A stretch of DNA of 64,000 bases from Octopus bimaculoides (taxonomy: Eukaryota): assembly GCF_001194135.2 (NCBI RefSeq), contig NC_068988.1, forward strand, positions 72,823,104 through 72,887,103, read 5' to 3'. The translations under genes and the position numbers were made by a program. The notes beneath the pieces were generated by a model. The model was not told where the DNA came from. It ran no database searches and saw only the letters and a list, made by a program, of their open reading frames with translations. This document shows, in pieces, positions 1 through 14,900 of this stretch (position 1 is the stretch's first letter; each line of letters begins with the position of its first letter).

Positions 1-14
1 TATATATAGATTCC

Positions 15-203
15 CATGCCAGTGGCATGTAAAAAGCACCCACTACACTCTCGGAGTGGTTGGCATTAGGAAGGGCATCCAGCTGTAGAAACATTGCCAG
101 ATCAGATTGGAGCCTGGTGCAGCTGCTGGCTCTCCAGACCACAGTGAAACCGTCCAACCCATGCCACCATGGAAAACAGATGTTTTATGATGATGATGAC
201 GAT
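15..203 (+). repeat. Solo RTE 3' tail
   Basis: aaaagcacccactacactctcggagtggttggcattaggaagggcatccagctgtag...(GAT)n, as at 44820-45005. Confidence 0.8.
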
Positions 204-1509
204 TGTCACTCTCCACTTGACATTTTACACTGATCACTCTTCTGTACTACAAATTATCTCCCTTTCTTAACCACCATACATTGCTCCCCCACCCCACCCC
301 AGGCATGATATCTGCCTCTCCACTCACTCTTATGCAACCCACACATCTTTACTCTGTCTACTCTCCCTCTCATCCTTCCTCTGTTTGCTGTATTATTACT
401 ATTCTTCTACTTCTCTCCTATGTTTGTACAATCAGTCATTACCTACTCTTCCCTTCACCTCATATGTACTATCAGCCATGCCTCCACCCTTGTTCATCAC
501 TCACTACTCTCATCTCTCAATTCTACCCAATTTCTACAGTTATCACCTACTCTTCCATCCATCTATTTATCATTAACCGCTCTTCAACTCTTATTCTTCA
601 TTATATTTTCCCTCTCACCCATTCCCCCATCTCTAATCATCCTTCACTACTTCATGTACTCTTGCAGCCTCTACTCACCCACACTCCCTGTTCTTCTGTC
701 AACACTCACCTCTGTTCACCTTCTTTTAGCTTCAAGGTTCACCCCTGACACTTCATCATCACGATTTTATCTTTCTTTCCAGCTTCACCTATACATTCTT
801 CTATAATGTGAGTAGCCATGTAGCTCCTTTACAACAAGAAACTTTTCAGTTCTGACTCCTTCTTCACTTTAATTTCTCACCTCCATACATAAAGCCAACT
901 TCCTCTACAGTAGCTCCACTCTGCTGAAGGGAATCTTAGTTTTGCAAGCTGCATGGGATAACCTCACAGGTGCTGGTAGTATAACTCTGTAAAGTAGATG
1001 GCATTCAGAAAGGCATCTAACTTTAGAAAGCATGCCTGAGCAGACATTGCAACAATGTCTAACTGCCTGATCCATGCCAGCATTGAAAATGGTGGTTAAA
1101 AGGTGATGATGTTGAGTTGATGAGGATTCCTTCTCATAATGTCTCTTTTTTATCATACTCTTTAAAGTTATTATGAACTGTCTAGGGCTTGATTTCTAAA
1201 GAAAATTCTGCATATGCAAAAAGATTGTAAGGTGGAAATAGCAAAAAAACTTAAATACCTGTGAGTATTGGAAAATTCAACAGTCTTTCATATAAAAAGT
1301 TGATAAGCATTCAAAGTTGAAATATGTATTTGATGAATAAGCTTCAAATTCCTCTAGATATTATTTTGTTAATAAATCAACACAATATGTAAAGCTTTTA
1401 TATTTAAAACTTATAACTCTTCCTGCATATATTTCTAAAATGTAGACTGCCTAAGGGTTTCACTTAATATTCTGTATAATCAAGAATTTGGAGGGGTTTA
1501 GTCTAATAT

Positions 1510-1905
1510 CTTTTCTTTTATTCTTTTACTTGTTTCAATGCTGAGGCACTGCCTTGAATTTTTAGTTGAATGAATCGACCTCAGTACTTATCTTTTTTTT
1601 AAGCTTAGTACTTATTCTATCAGTTTCTTTTGCCAAACTGCTAAGTTACAAGGACGTAAGCACACCAACATTGGTTGTCAAGTGGCAGAGGGGGAACAAA
1701 CACTGACACAAAGACATACATACATACATACATATATACATACATACATACATACATACATTTACATACATACATACATACATATACAACAGGTTTCTTT
1801 CTGTCTAGCAAATCTACTCACAAGACTTTGGTTGGCTTGTGGCTACAATAGAAGACACTTGCCAAGATGTCACACAGTGGGACTGAACCCAGAACCATGT
1901 AGTTG
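1510..1905 (-). mobile_element. tRNA-derived SINE family A
   Basis: Matches 47529-47920 in reverse; internal (TACA)n. Confidence 0.8.
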
Positions 1906-2692
1906 GAAAACAAGGAAAGAACTGACATAACTTACCAATCCACTTGACAAAACTCCATGGAAAAAGACAACTTCTACATAAGTTCCTGTTTTCTTACCAC
2001 TCATCAGCCGCCAGAAGTTTAAGAAAAGAGACTAAAAGAATTAAAAGGATAAATTAGAAAAAAAAAACAGCTGATCCTGTACTTATTTTGGAAAGAAAAG
2101 TGGATATACAATATTTTTATATTTTAAATGTTAATGAAATAATTTAGAAATAGTTTGCAAAAAAATAAAATCAATTCTAAATCACAAATGTTTCAGCTTA
2201 GGAAACTGAGAAGGATAAATATCTCTGTGGATAATATGCTTTTGTATTGCCGGGTGTGTTTCCTGAGGGAAAAATTGAACTTGGCACTGAACAGCAACAA
2301 AATACTTATCAGTTCCTCACCACTTAGTTGCTTCAAACACAGTATTATACTAGAGTCACCTATCAGTCATAAAACAATTAGTAAAACTGCTACTTGTTTT
2401 CAGATATTGTTTTCCAGAAACTTACCTACCCTCTAATCTATGATGTTTAATCATTAATAAATGATAACTAAGACATTATTAATTTCTGTTATCTAATAAT
2501 ATTTTTCTATTTTTCACATCAAGGTACGAAAAACATCCCATTAGCTCAAAGGAACTGATGTCTCTAACATAGCTCCTTCCTTTCTTTAAAGATGAGCAAA
2601 AATAAATAAACAAAAATAATAATTCCTCCCTCTACATCGTAACAATCAGTTGTGAGAAATAATACTATAATAGTATAAAGCATAATACTTAC

Positions 2693-2934
2693 TATACACA
2701 TCGAAAAAAGAAGACACAATAAAAGAATGATATGTTTGGAGATTTGTAGAGATTCTTCAGGTAATTCTTCTTGGGAAGTAATTTCTATTTTGTCAATATC
2801 AGAATTTGCAGTTGAAGGTTCTGCTTGAAAGTAGTTCTCAAGAAGATGTACTTTAGAATCATTCAGATCTGTGGAATTTGGTGATAAATCTAAATCTTCA
2901 ATACTTTGTTCTTCAAAACTTGTAAAATTTACAT
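2693..2934 (-). CDS. GPR155: GPR155 coding exon 10
   Basis: cttacag|AT GTA AAT ... TGT ATA|gtaagt; NVNFTSFEEQSIEDL...QISKHIILLLCLLFSMCI; 242 nt. Confidence 0.88.
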
Positions 2935-5900
2935 CTGTAAGAAATTCATATATTTTCTATAATTTGTCATAAAATATCCAATTTGTAAAAACTTTTGTTA
3001 ACCTTCATAAAAATCAAATACAATATGGGAGTAGCAGAGAATATAATCTCATCTAGTAACCAGCTCAATATTTCATAAACCAAACTCTCAACAACATGGA
3101 CATAGTAGATCCCTAATTACTGATATGTAGTCTATCGGTGTCCGATGACAACAAAGTCTGTGTTCTCAGTGATGAGAGCACATGTGACTCCGCAGTTCAA
3201 AGCTGGAAGCACACAGATACCCACAGATGTCAGTGATAGTCTGTTGACTGGACTGAGGTGGATTCTACCGTGATGTCTTTCTCTTGTAGCATCAAGACCC
3301 TGTCACCTGTCTTCTTCAAAGGCAGCTGCTGCTTGTGAGGTGAGAGACCTCTATGCTGATCTGTTTGCAGCTGACGCTTCAAGTTCATGTAGTTTAATGC
3401 TTCTCCATTTGAGGTTACTTTTCAGAGTGTCTTTGTACCTCAGTTTAGGTCTTCCTTGTTTGCATGAGTTCACCATACAACAGCTGTCTGAGCACACAGT
3501 TATCAGTCATTCTGATGACATGGCCAATCCAGCATAACTGAGCCTTCAGCAACATTGACTCAATGCTTGTTTTACAAGCTCTGTGCAGCACTTCTTGGTT
3601 TGTCACACTGTCCTGCCAGCAAATGCCCTTGATCCTGTGCAGTGTCCTTGTGGGGAAACTGTGCCAGCTGTTTGATGTGTCAACAGCATGGGGTCCATGT
3701 TTGACATCCATAAAATAGTGTAGAAACAACTACAGCTTTGTAGATTTTGAGCTTGGTCAATAGTTTGACACCTTTCTGCTGGAGGACTTTCACTTTCAGT
3801 CTTCCAAGTGCTTGGCTGGCCTTGTAGATTCTGGATGAAAATTTGCTGTCAAATGATCCATCAGCTGAGATTGTAATGCCAAGGTACCTGAAACTCTCCA
3901 CACACTTAAGCTGGATTCCTTCAATAGTGATGTTTGGTTGAGGGCAAATTATGCTCAGGGCTGCTTGGACTCCATTTTCTCAAGGCTGATGGTCACTCCA
4001 AAAGAGCCTTGATGCTTCTGCAAAGTAATCAACAATGGTCTGCAGGTTGTTTTCGTTGTGTGCCATAAGTCATCTGCAAATAGGGCTACAGTGATAAGCT
4101 TTTCCACTGTCTTGGTTCAAGCAGAGAGTTGGTGGAGGTCAAAAATAGCCCTGTCTGAGTGATATTTGATGTATATGCTCAGGTCCTAGGTCTTTCACTG
4201 TGTAAAGTAGGACTTGTGTGAAGAACAAGTTGAATAAAACAGGGGTGAATATGCAGCCCTGTTTAATGCCATAGGAAATACTGAAAGAGTTGGTGCAATC
4301 ACCATTGCAAAGAACTTGACCGATCATATAGTCACAAAAGATCCCTAATTACTACAGAAGAAATATTCACATTTATTTGATTGCCCCACCTTTTTTTTTT
4401 TTTGCAATTTTTTCTTTTTTACAATTTTCATAATTGAAAAGTTTACAGTTCAGTATATATTAATATCAAAGGTGGTGTCCAATTAGTTTGTCAAAGGTCG
4501 AATCACCTGGTTAACTCAGCAGCAGCAGCCAAGTTAGAATGCCACCAGGTTATTAAACAAATACTGAAACAAATTAATGAACTAGCATTAAGGAATACCG
4601 GCTTGCTATTAAAATTAAGATGTGGAGAATAACAAAAGTTGGAATGGAGTGATGAAAAGAAAAAGAAACCGAAAATAATAAGGTAAAATATTTACTTTCA
4701 TAAATTTTTCTCTTTAGTTTCTTTCATTTTTTTTATTGAACACATCAAAACAAAGGCATAGATAAAATGAAACATATAGAATATAGATGGTTTTATGAAT
4801 TATACTTATGTATTGATACGTAAGAAAATTATAATTTAAAAAATAAAATTTATTTATTGAAAATACTTTATTAAGCTAAAAATTTGTCAAGAACAAAAAT
4901 AACAACTAAAAATTAAAGCAAATTACAAAATACTGGGATATTAAAATTTCAGATTGCAGCAGATAGCTTCTACAGATCCGAACTTAGAAAATTTAGGTTT
5001 AAAATTAAATCTGCTTACAATTAACATTACCATATTTGGTAATATTGACTACAGCTGCTAGCTGCCCTAATGTCCTTGAATGTTATCAAAAGACCCATTG
5101 ACATTTTTTTCCAGCTAATCTTTTTTTATGTCAGTTTTGCATTAGAAAGAGCATTCACCAGTAGAAACCAAACCAAACAAACACCAGAGCATAATACAAT
5201 CCTTGGGCCTACCATTAAAGTCATGTCAGCCTAGAACACAGACATTAAATGATGATGATGATAATGATGACGATTTTGATGAGCATTGACAGATAAAAAA
5301 GAAAGTTTTAATTTTCACAAAACCTTTTAGCAAATCTATGTAAACCCTGAAATTTGGGTTTCTCAAGAGATTTCTCTTACTGCAGCCAGAAGTTATATGA
5401 CTCTAGACCTACATCAATAAGATATCTCTCAACTCTCTTTAAAAATTACACATTTACTTACAAAAATATACGACAAACAATACATTACATATATTTTTAC
5501 TTAGTAATATTAGAAACGTTGTTGAAGATATTTCCTTTTTCTCACACTTGTAATTACATCTACTTCATTTAAACCCATCACACTACAAGAAGATTATGAG
5601 GACAAAGTAGTGAGAAGGATTTTAAGACATTAGACCTCACAGAGGAGATAACAAGAGACTGAGACTTCTGGTGGTTTGCTTGGTTAAGAAGATATACCAA
5701 GCTAAGTAAAACTGTGCCATTCATACAAACAGGCATGCCCTCTACGGCCTCTCAGCCAATAAGTTCTTTTCTTGAGAACTTGCAGGTGCTAGTGACACAT
5801 ATAAAAAGCACTTGTGCCAGTGTCATGTAAAACCACTTGTGCCGGTGTCATATAAAAGTGCCCATGATGGTGCCATGTAAAAGCACCCAGTATACTCTGT

Positions 5901-8900
5901 AAAGTGATTGGCATTAGGAAGGGCATCCAGTCATAGAAACCATGCCAAAACGTCAACTGGAGCTGGGCAGCTCTTCAGTTGGCCAGCTCCTGGCAAACTG
6001 TCCAACCCATGCCAGCATGGAAAGCAAATGTTAAATGATGACAATGATGAGCAAATGCTTCCAGGATTTTCATTTTTTTTGTTCTAAATCATGTCTATCC
6101 TATTTCTAATGTCCTATTTGCTATCTCTGTATTGCTTCTTTTGACTGGTTTCTTTTTGTTAGATGAAGTTTTGCAATTTGGTATTGTTTGTACACGTAAT
6201 CAACACATTTTTCATGATTGAAAAACGATGATGATGATGATGATGACTTTTCAGGAATTAATCTCATTGTTATCTCCTCTCTATTTCTGGAATTACATAT
6301 TAAACAAGACCCACTCAGAATACCTCAAAAACCACTTGCAACAACTATTCAACACCTATTTGTTTCCCAAACTTAAGCAATAACCACTTTTTCCATGCAT
6401 GCAGATTTTAACTGAAGCCAGAATAATAAAATGAAACAACTTGGCGATGTTCTGACCTAAACTCTGATAACCAATTGACTAACAATGATGATGAATTGTC
6501 CTGGTTCCATCAAAGTACATACAAACTTCAAACAGAAAGCTTTTTATAATAGAATATTTATAAACCATCAACTCTTGTTCTCAAGAAAACTTACTTGTTT
6601 GATTTGTTTGGTTTTCAAATTCAAAGAAATGGTTAGCTTCAACATCATTATTAATACTTGATGGTTGTAAAGTTTCTTGTAATGAATGGTTAAACTCTGC
6701 ATTTTCAGATCTTTCCTGAGGATTTTTGTCAGTTTGATTAGAATTAGAAGACATAAGCTGATATTTGTCTTTTTGTTTCCTCTGTCCAATAATCAGGGCA
6801 GCACTGGTTATTGTTATTGATATTAAAAGGATTACAAACTTTATCACAATCTATAAAAATAAAAACAAAAAAGAGGCAAGATAAGAAAAATTTAATAAGT
6901 TGATGATTGGAGAAATTGTTTTTCGACCACTACTTTGATGGCATTTGTTCGTTTATGTTATAAAGTCATGCTATACAACACAACATGGTTGTCATACTAT
7001 ACATGTACAGAGTAATGTCACAAGTGCTAAGACAGGAACAAAAAACTATGGTTCGTTAAAGATCTCAGCAACAACTGAGATGTTTGTGATATCATTACAA
7101 ATTAAACAAATAATTAAATGGCATACCTGAATGAGACCATATTGTAGAGTAGGATCTATACTAACAGAATAATACTTCCAGCTGATTAAGAAGAGGATCC
7201 CTGTCAGGAAAACTGGAAGCCTAACACAGAAAGTATAGTCAAAAATGTTTTCTCCATAAGTAGATCAAAGAAGAACTTGCAAGATACATTATTTGAAAAT
7301 CAAACAAAATATTACAGGAGAGGATGACTAAACTAGTCATTATTAGTTACTGAGTTTTAAAATAGTTTCCTTTTTTATCAAATAATAACAATAACTTCTC
7401 CAAAGGGAAACTAAAATCTGAGCAACTTCAATTTTTACCTAACTTGAAAAAAAATAACAATAGTGAAAAACAATGAGTGAGTGTTTGTTTACTCATCTCT
7501 GAAGACCTCACAATGAGAAGTAGGGGTGAAATTGTACCTGGGATCTGTGATAGGGGTTCATTGAGATGTTATCAACATAAAATGTTTTGTATATTGTAAG
7601 AAAGTTATAAACCTGTAGACTGCAGAGAATGGATGATAGAACACACGTTTATGTACTACACTGAAGAGAATATTCAGATGTTGTGAGATTGAACACAGAA
7701 TATTTTAAGTTAAAAAGTACTTAGCCAGCATTGTTTTTAATTAGTGCAGTGATGCATATTTTTCATGAGTAGGTACTGAGAAACTGCTGCTGAAAGCTTT
7801 GTAAACAAATGGAGTGAATATTAAATCATTGTAGGTTGTCATTTTAGATGATTCAGGCCCAGTAAAATTTTGGCATGCAAGTTCGGTGAAGTATCCAAGG
7901 GAGGGAATTAAGATATTATTAGCGGTAATGTTGCACAAGAGAAACCAAACTAAACTTCAGTGATAAAACAGTACTAACAGTACTACAGTGATAAAATAGT
8001 TGGTAGTTGTACAGAATATTAGGAAGAACATGTGCATTGTTGAATTATAGAATTAAGTTTTTTCAAGAAAGTGATGGTTCTACAGAATATTGGCAGCATG
8101 TTTGAGAAATACAATTATTCAGTTTCTAAAGACTACACATTTAGCAGCATTGGTATGTTGTTCCTTAGAGTTTTAAGTGTATGCAAGATTTTGTACCATG
8201 TAAATATTTTTCTTGCATTTTAAAGAGTGTTTTGAAATAAAGGTGCAAAATTACAATGAAGAGAAGAGGATGTGAATAAAATTACTTGGATTTCTAGTGA
8301 AGTCTGGTTGGGGTTCTTGATGCTGCTTATTGTTTTTAATAGGATGTATTCTGGTTTTCTATTTTATAGTAATTCTTTTAAGTAAACTGCCTTGTTCTTA
8401 CATGTAGCTAAATTTCTGTTGTGCCTCATTCCTGTGTTAACTTTTAAATTGCTCTTAAGTTGTTTATTTAAATGTAGAGAATTTAGCAAGAATATATTGC
8501 CACTTCACCTTGAGGTGTTGTCTCGGTTACAAATGTAACACAAAGTATTGCAAGATTGAAATCTCCTATTTTGTAGAGCAGAGGTATATGGCTTGATGGA
8601 ATGGTGGACAAGGTTGGTAATGATATATGTTGGTTATATCTGTTTTAATATAGGTAGTTCTTATTTCAAATGATTTTAAGATGATATCAAAAACCAAAAG
8701 ATTCTGTTCAAGTGAGATCTATGTTTTTGAGTAAATCTCTGTATTTACAAAAATATGTTAAACCTGCTTCAGCATTTTTCGTTTTACAGCTCAGAAGAGG
8801 AAGAGTAGATCTTTAAGACTAGTGGGAGGAAGAGAGGAATTTATCCTTAAAATGGAGACCTAGCTCAAATGTTTGTAACAGGGCAAACTCCACTAAGGGC

Positions 8901-11900
8901 ACTCAAGGACTAGATGAAACCACAATATAGATTTGTGTAAAAGATGATTGATAACTGAATAGAATACACAAAAGATCTTTCTTTGTCAGCAAATAGTAGT
9001 GGTAGTGATTGTGTGATGGTAATGGTAGTGGCGATGATGTTATGCTGATGACAACAAAATTAAACAATGTTTTGTCCAATAATCAATTTGCAAACAAGAG
9101 GAAGTACTTACCCAAAGCCAATTAAAGAAAACAGAAAATGGTTTTGCAGCCAGTCTGTTTTTTGTCGAGTGCGAAGAATACAAATAGTAATACTAAGTAG
9201 ACAGGTCCAACTATTGGAAGATAAATCACCAACATTGATAAAAATGAATTCCACATAATGTTGCCAGTTGAAAAGCTTTCTATCAGAATGGCAGCAGATC
9301 AGTCCAATAGCACGAAATATCTGTAATAAATAAGCAGGTGGAATCACAACAATCATAAACAATTTACAGTTAAACATAATCTTGATTTTACATTTGATAG
9401 AACCCATAAGTACAACAATTATTAAAAGTAGCTTTATTTTATGAAACTGCAACTAACCAGTAACAAAACCAAACTGTTATTAACCTTACATGAGTTATCA
9501 CTTAACAACAATGATTTTTTTCTTCAATAGGAACAATGACATGAATTTGTAGGCCAACTGAATTGACTGGAACTTACTGAAATGAAAGGTAAAGTAAATT
9601 CCAGCAAAATTTATATTTAGAATAGCAGAGTAAACTTAATACTGTAGGTGTTTGCTCTGGCATGCTGCTATTTAAGCTAACTCACAACTCTTATTTTATT
9701 AATGATAATCATTACCTGTGATATGGCAAGGCATAATGTAAACAGATGAGGAACTTTTTTCCAACGACGCGTGATAACAAATATTACACAAATCCAAACC
9801 TTTAACGAAAAGAAAATACTTTTTAAATGGATTATTATAAATAACATGTGAGGAAATATAACTAAAACATAAAATTAAGAAATAAACCAATATGATATAG
9901 ATAATGTTTTGCTGTACATGTTCATTTAAGCCTGAAACCTGTAGTGGTGTGTACAGAGAAGATAGGGGAAACAGATTAGTTTAATGTGATGCTACCTCAA
10001 CTCTTTCATATTTACAAGTGGTGAATAATCTAGCATAGAATTCAGATCTACTGCAGCAACTAGTATTTCAACCATTTTGACATTGTAAGACTTAATGTGA
10101 TATAAGTAGTCTTATCAAAAAGAAACTGAACTTCTAAAACAGCAGACCAACCATCCACTACGATGCTATATACATGAGTAATTTTCACCTTTAGTCTAAT
10201 AACAGCCACATCACATGTCAGTTATTCATTCATATAGAGGTGCAAAAGTGAATGTAGTTACAGTGCAGTGGGCAATTTGTTGCAAGTTGAACAAAGGATT
10301 TTGGGAGTGATGATCTTGTCTTAGAACATTTAAATAGAGAAAAACTTTATGAAGATTTTTCCTAATGTTGTAACAAGCCTATGGGATGAGAAATGTTTAA
10401 ACTGTACACAATGTCACAAGTGGCACCAATGTTTCAAAGATCACTTCCAAAGATGATCTCAAATCTGATGACCTTCCATTGTGAAAGTGCTTCCAGTGAT
10501 CCATGCAAATTATCACCTGACTGTGAAAGAACCACCTTTGCAAAAATTTGAGCCAACTTTAAAAGGACAACTGAAAACGCATTGTGCCACCACAAAGTTT
10601 GTGCTGTTTGCTAACTGATGAACAACAAGAGAACTGTGTCACAGTCAGTAAGGAGTTGTTCCATCATTTAAATACTGATGAAAACTTTCTGGAAAGTGCC
10701 ACAGTAGGTGAAAAAACATGGGTGTACATCTGTGATGTCAAAATAAAAAGGTAATCATTGCAATGTGTTCTTCAACAATGTGCTAGATCATCATTGCTGC
10801 AATTAAAACAAGTATGGCTGAGTCAGCCAAATGTGAAGGTGATGTTGATCAGTTTTTTTGACTGGAAGAACATCATAGGTTTGCTACATGTGGTCAGATG
10901 ATTAGTAAAGAGTCTTAATTGGATGCCCTGCAGTGTTTGAGAGAATTAGTATAAAGACAGAGGTCTGATGGATGGACAAATGAAACATGGATGTTGCATA
11001 ACAACACAATTGCTCAAATGTCACTCCATGGCCTTTTGGCAGAGCATAAGATGACTTCTGCAACCCAGCTGCTTTACTCTCTGGATTTGATACCACAAAC
11101 ATTTTCATAGTCCCAAAGTTGAAATCTAGTCTAGCGTTAGAAAATGAATGTAAAACAGTTTTTAAAAGTGTTTAATAAATAAACAATAATTGATATAAAA
11201 AGTGAGCAAAGTAAAAATCATCTACTTACACAAAAAACGAGAGAAAGTGTGCTGATATCAAATGTAGTATCTCTAATGATCTTAGAGTAAATGGAAGGGT
11301 GATGAGATAAGAATGTCATCATTCTGGCAGAAATGAACATCAGTGGAGCTGAGAAAATTGTGCATAAAACCAAGCCACTTGCAGTCTGTAAAGGCAAAAC
11401 ATCATAAAATGTATACCTTGATAAAACTGATTTTGTTAGGTAGGCAAAGCAACTGAAAATTATGAGGGAAAGTCAGTTATTTACTCATTAGTTAATTTGA
11501 AAAGGAAGAACAGTAATTATAACCTTTTAAATGGTTGGATTTTGAGTTCAAGAGCAACGCCATTGTACAGTTTGTGGAGATGACACTAAAACATAATAGT
11601 TACACTGAATGAATCTAGAAGAGTGATGATAGAGTTAACAAACTCAGATAAGCAGAAATCATTGAAGTTGTAATAAAAAAGAAAAGTAAACAAGACACAG
11701 TTCAACAGTTTGATGATGATCCAATGTTTGAAGATGTCTGTAAATGTAAGATGAGTTTCCTTTCCTGGTATGTAGTCTATTGTTAGTGAAGATGGTGAAT
11801 GGTACAAAGCAGCTGACATATCATTTGTACTATAAATATTAATTGAGCTAAATTAGTTGGTAACTGAAAGTTTCCAAAGGAGCCAAGCATGTGTAGACCA

Positions 11901-14900
11901 ACTTCAATTTGTATTATTATCTCATTTATTTGGGATAATTTCAGAGCTCTGATGCCTTCCTCAAGGGCACTGGAAATGTAAATTAAGTGACTCAGCTACA
12001 ACCAGGAATCATAACTGAGTCACAGACGCAACTTGTAGAAAGCATACTTGATTCAGACAAAAGTTAACACCTTTTTGAGATGTTAGCCATGAAAGTTCTA
12101 TCACTAAAATCATGGCAACAACAGAAACAAACACTAGGCTGTTAACAATAGCTCTCAAGTTTTCAAACTAACTGAATCAGGTCACCATAAAACAGTGCCA
12201 CTTGAACAAACTATCAATACATAAATCTTCTAACATATACTCTCTGGTAGCAGGAAAACCACCACAAATTCAAATAATAGATATAATCACGTGATCAAGA
12301 TCACGGTCAATGACTGACCAGGCTGTCTGCTGTTGTTACACATCGCTCATCACAATGTGTTTTGCATTGTTTTAGCCTTCAAATGGCTCAATAAGCAGTC
12401 CAACATTCTCCCCCTCCCCCCCACACACACACACTGATCAGAAGGGGGATTGAAGCAACATGAATTGAAGTGCTTTGCTCCAGAACACAATGCACTGCCC
12501 AGTCTGGAAACTGAGCCCACAATCTAGTGATCATGAGTGCAACAGCCTAACTACGAGGCTACATGCCTTCACAATAGATATAATATAATATAATATAATG
12601 AACTTATCGTATCCAGTGCTCAGGTGCACTACAACTCATCAGAAAAAGTAACCAAACATGCATGAACAGTATATAGAATATGCACAGGAAATGAACAGTG
12701 AATTTAAGGCAGCATGCAAGTTTTGAAGGATGTAATGTCTCAACAGCTAACAAATGATGCAGATAGTTTATTCCAAGCTTCAGCAATTCTGAGCCTGAAG
12801 AAATATTTCTAAAAATCATGGTTGTTGTATTGTTTCTTGATCTTGTAAGCATGTCCTTGAGTGTTAGACATAAGGAATTTGGGAAGATGCCTGAGGTTAT
12901 TGTTGGAAAGATGGTGGACAATTTTGTTGGTGTCTACCAACTTAGTTGCCAGATGTCAGAGCTTTAATATGTCCAGAAAAGCAAGATGTTCAGAATATGG
13001 TAGTTGCCTGACAGCCAGAATTCATCTGCTTGCACGTTTCTGAACAGATTCCAGGAAATTGATATGCTGAGCAAGATAGGGGTTCCAGCTTTAAATAGAT
13101 AGCCAGAGAGCAGCTAAAAAAGGTCTTATTGAGTGATGCTATGACACCCTCAGCTTTCTTGATAATTTTAGAAATGTGGTTTGTCCAATGCAAATTGCTG
13201 TTGACAAATAATGCCCAGGTCACATTCACTATCAGACTTCTTAAGATTGGTGTTATTGAAGGAGTATGTAAAAGCTAGATTTTTCCTCCCATTTTTTACA
13301 ATTTTATCATTTCATTTTTTTGCTGAATAGACAATATATTTTACACTATTGAATTATTAATGCTAAAGAGCTTATATTGATGATGATGATTAACAATGAA
13401 GTTGCTAACTATAATGGAGAAGGGAAAAAAGAAATGATGATGCATATGATGATGATGATGATGATGATGATGATGTCAACTAGACAGCATCAAATAAAAT
13501 GTAGCAACAGTATTGTTGTTTATAAATATGGTTACAGCAATATTAAAGATGATTATAATGAACACTATTAAAACAACTACAACAGCAATAACAAAAACAA
13601 TAATAAAAAAATAATGATATTTCTATTTTTAGGCACAAGGCCAGCAATTCTGAGGTAAAGAATTTTGTTAAAATTGATGACCCAAGTACTCCACAGGTAC
13701 TTTATTTTATCAACCCCAAAAAGATGAAAGGCAACATTAATATTTATGAAAATGAAAACCTAATTATAGTAGTGATAAGGTTAAAGATTTTGACCATATG
13801 AGCAATGACAAGCTTGATTGTAACATCCTTAAATAGCAAACTCTAGAAAACAGTAAACTTACAATAGTAGTAGCAATGGAATACTGGCTTGCATAGATGA
13901 AGGCTGACGGAGCAGTAGGGAATGTTCCATAAAGAAAGCCATTCATACTAAGTGAGCTTGTCTCATTTGCATTAGCCCCTGGCTTGACAATATAGATAAC
14001 TTGCCAGGTTACAAGTGGTAACAATAGTCTGAAAAAATAAGATAAAACTGGTTAGAAACAATAAACAATAAACAAACATTTTGTGTTGTACACTCAACAA
14101 GCTTGGCATGAGAATGAATATTGTACCCTACTCACTTTCATCAAAAAGCAAGTAGTTCTGCCAGAACTCACTGTGCTATATGGAAGCAAGACTGAGAAAT
14201 AGGTAGTTTAGCCATCAAATTGAGAAAATCTAGCTTCCAAACCAAAGTTCTTGCTATAGAGGTGGGAAGATGGAGGTTTGTGGACAAATCTGTCTATGAT
14301 CTGGAACAGCTTTCAGTTTCTGGGAGAAATAGAACCTCAACTCTTAAGGAGTAATGAAAGAGGTGAATTTCCAAAGGTATAATTTACCCTTTGTTCAACT
14401 GTGTCTCAGACTAAGTTGGTGACAACATTCAAGGTACCTTGGCTCTGGGGTACTTCAAGCACCCAGGAAGGTGCAGGTTGCAATACAGACAGTAGAAGAG
14501 AACATGGTAGCAGAGGGGTATCCAGGAGTCATGAACTGGATGTGGCTCTACTCCCATATAGTGTAAGGAGTTAAGGGTCAAATGATTTGCATGAGGTTAG
14601 GAGGCTTCTTTGCTGAAGGCCTTCTGCTATTCAGCTTTCCCTAGCATTTTTTACTACCAGAGGGGGTGGTATACTTCAAAAGATTTACATGAGAGGGACA
14701 AATGAGTTATTGCTTGTTTCTTATTATCTCTTATCAATATTTTGATCTCAAAGTACAAATACAAAATAGATGTGGAGATAAATTTCTACATGTATTTCTT
14801 TCAAATTCCAAGAAAAATCTTTCTTTTGGCACATAAATCTATAAAATATATGATAATTATACAGTAAAACTATCGCAGTCAACAACACCTAACCAAGCTG

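Noticed and set aside
281-806. S/L/H/P-rich ORFs (also 23678-24268 and 38198-38945)
   Set aside because: By-products of stop-poor C/T-rich low-complexity DNA.
12604-12921. 105-aa ORF as the missing GPR155 exon 5
   Set aside because: It lies in a LINE fragment; the true exon 5 is 11230-11385.
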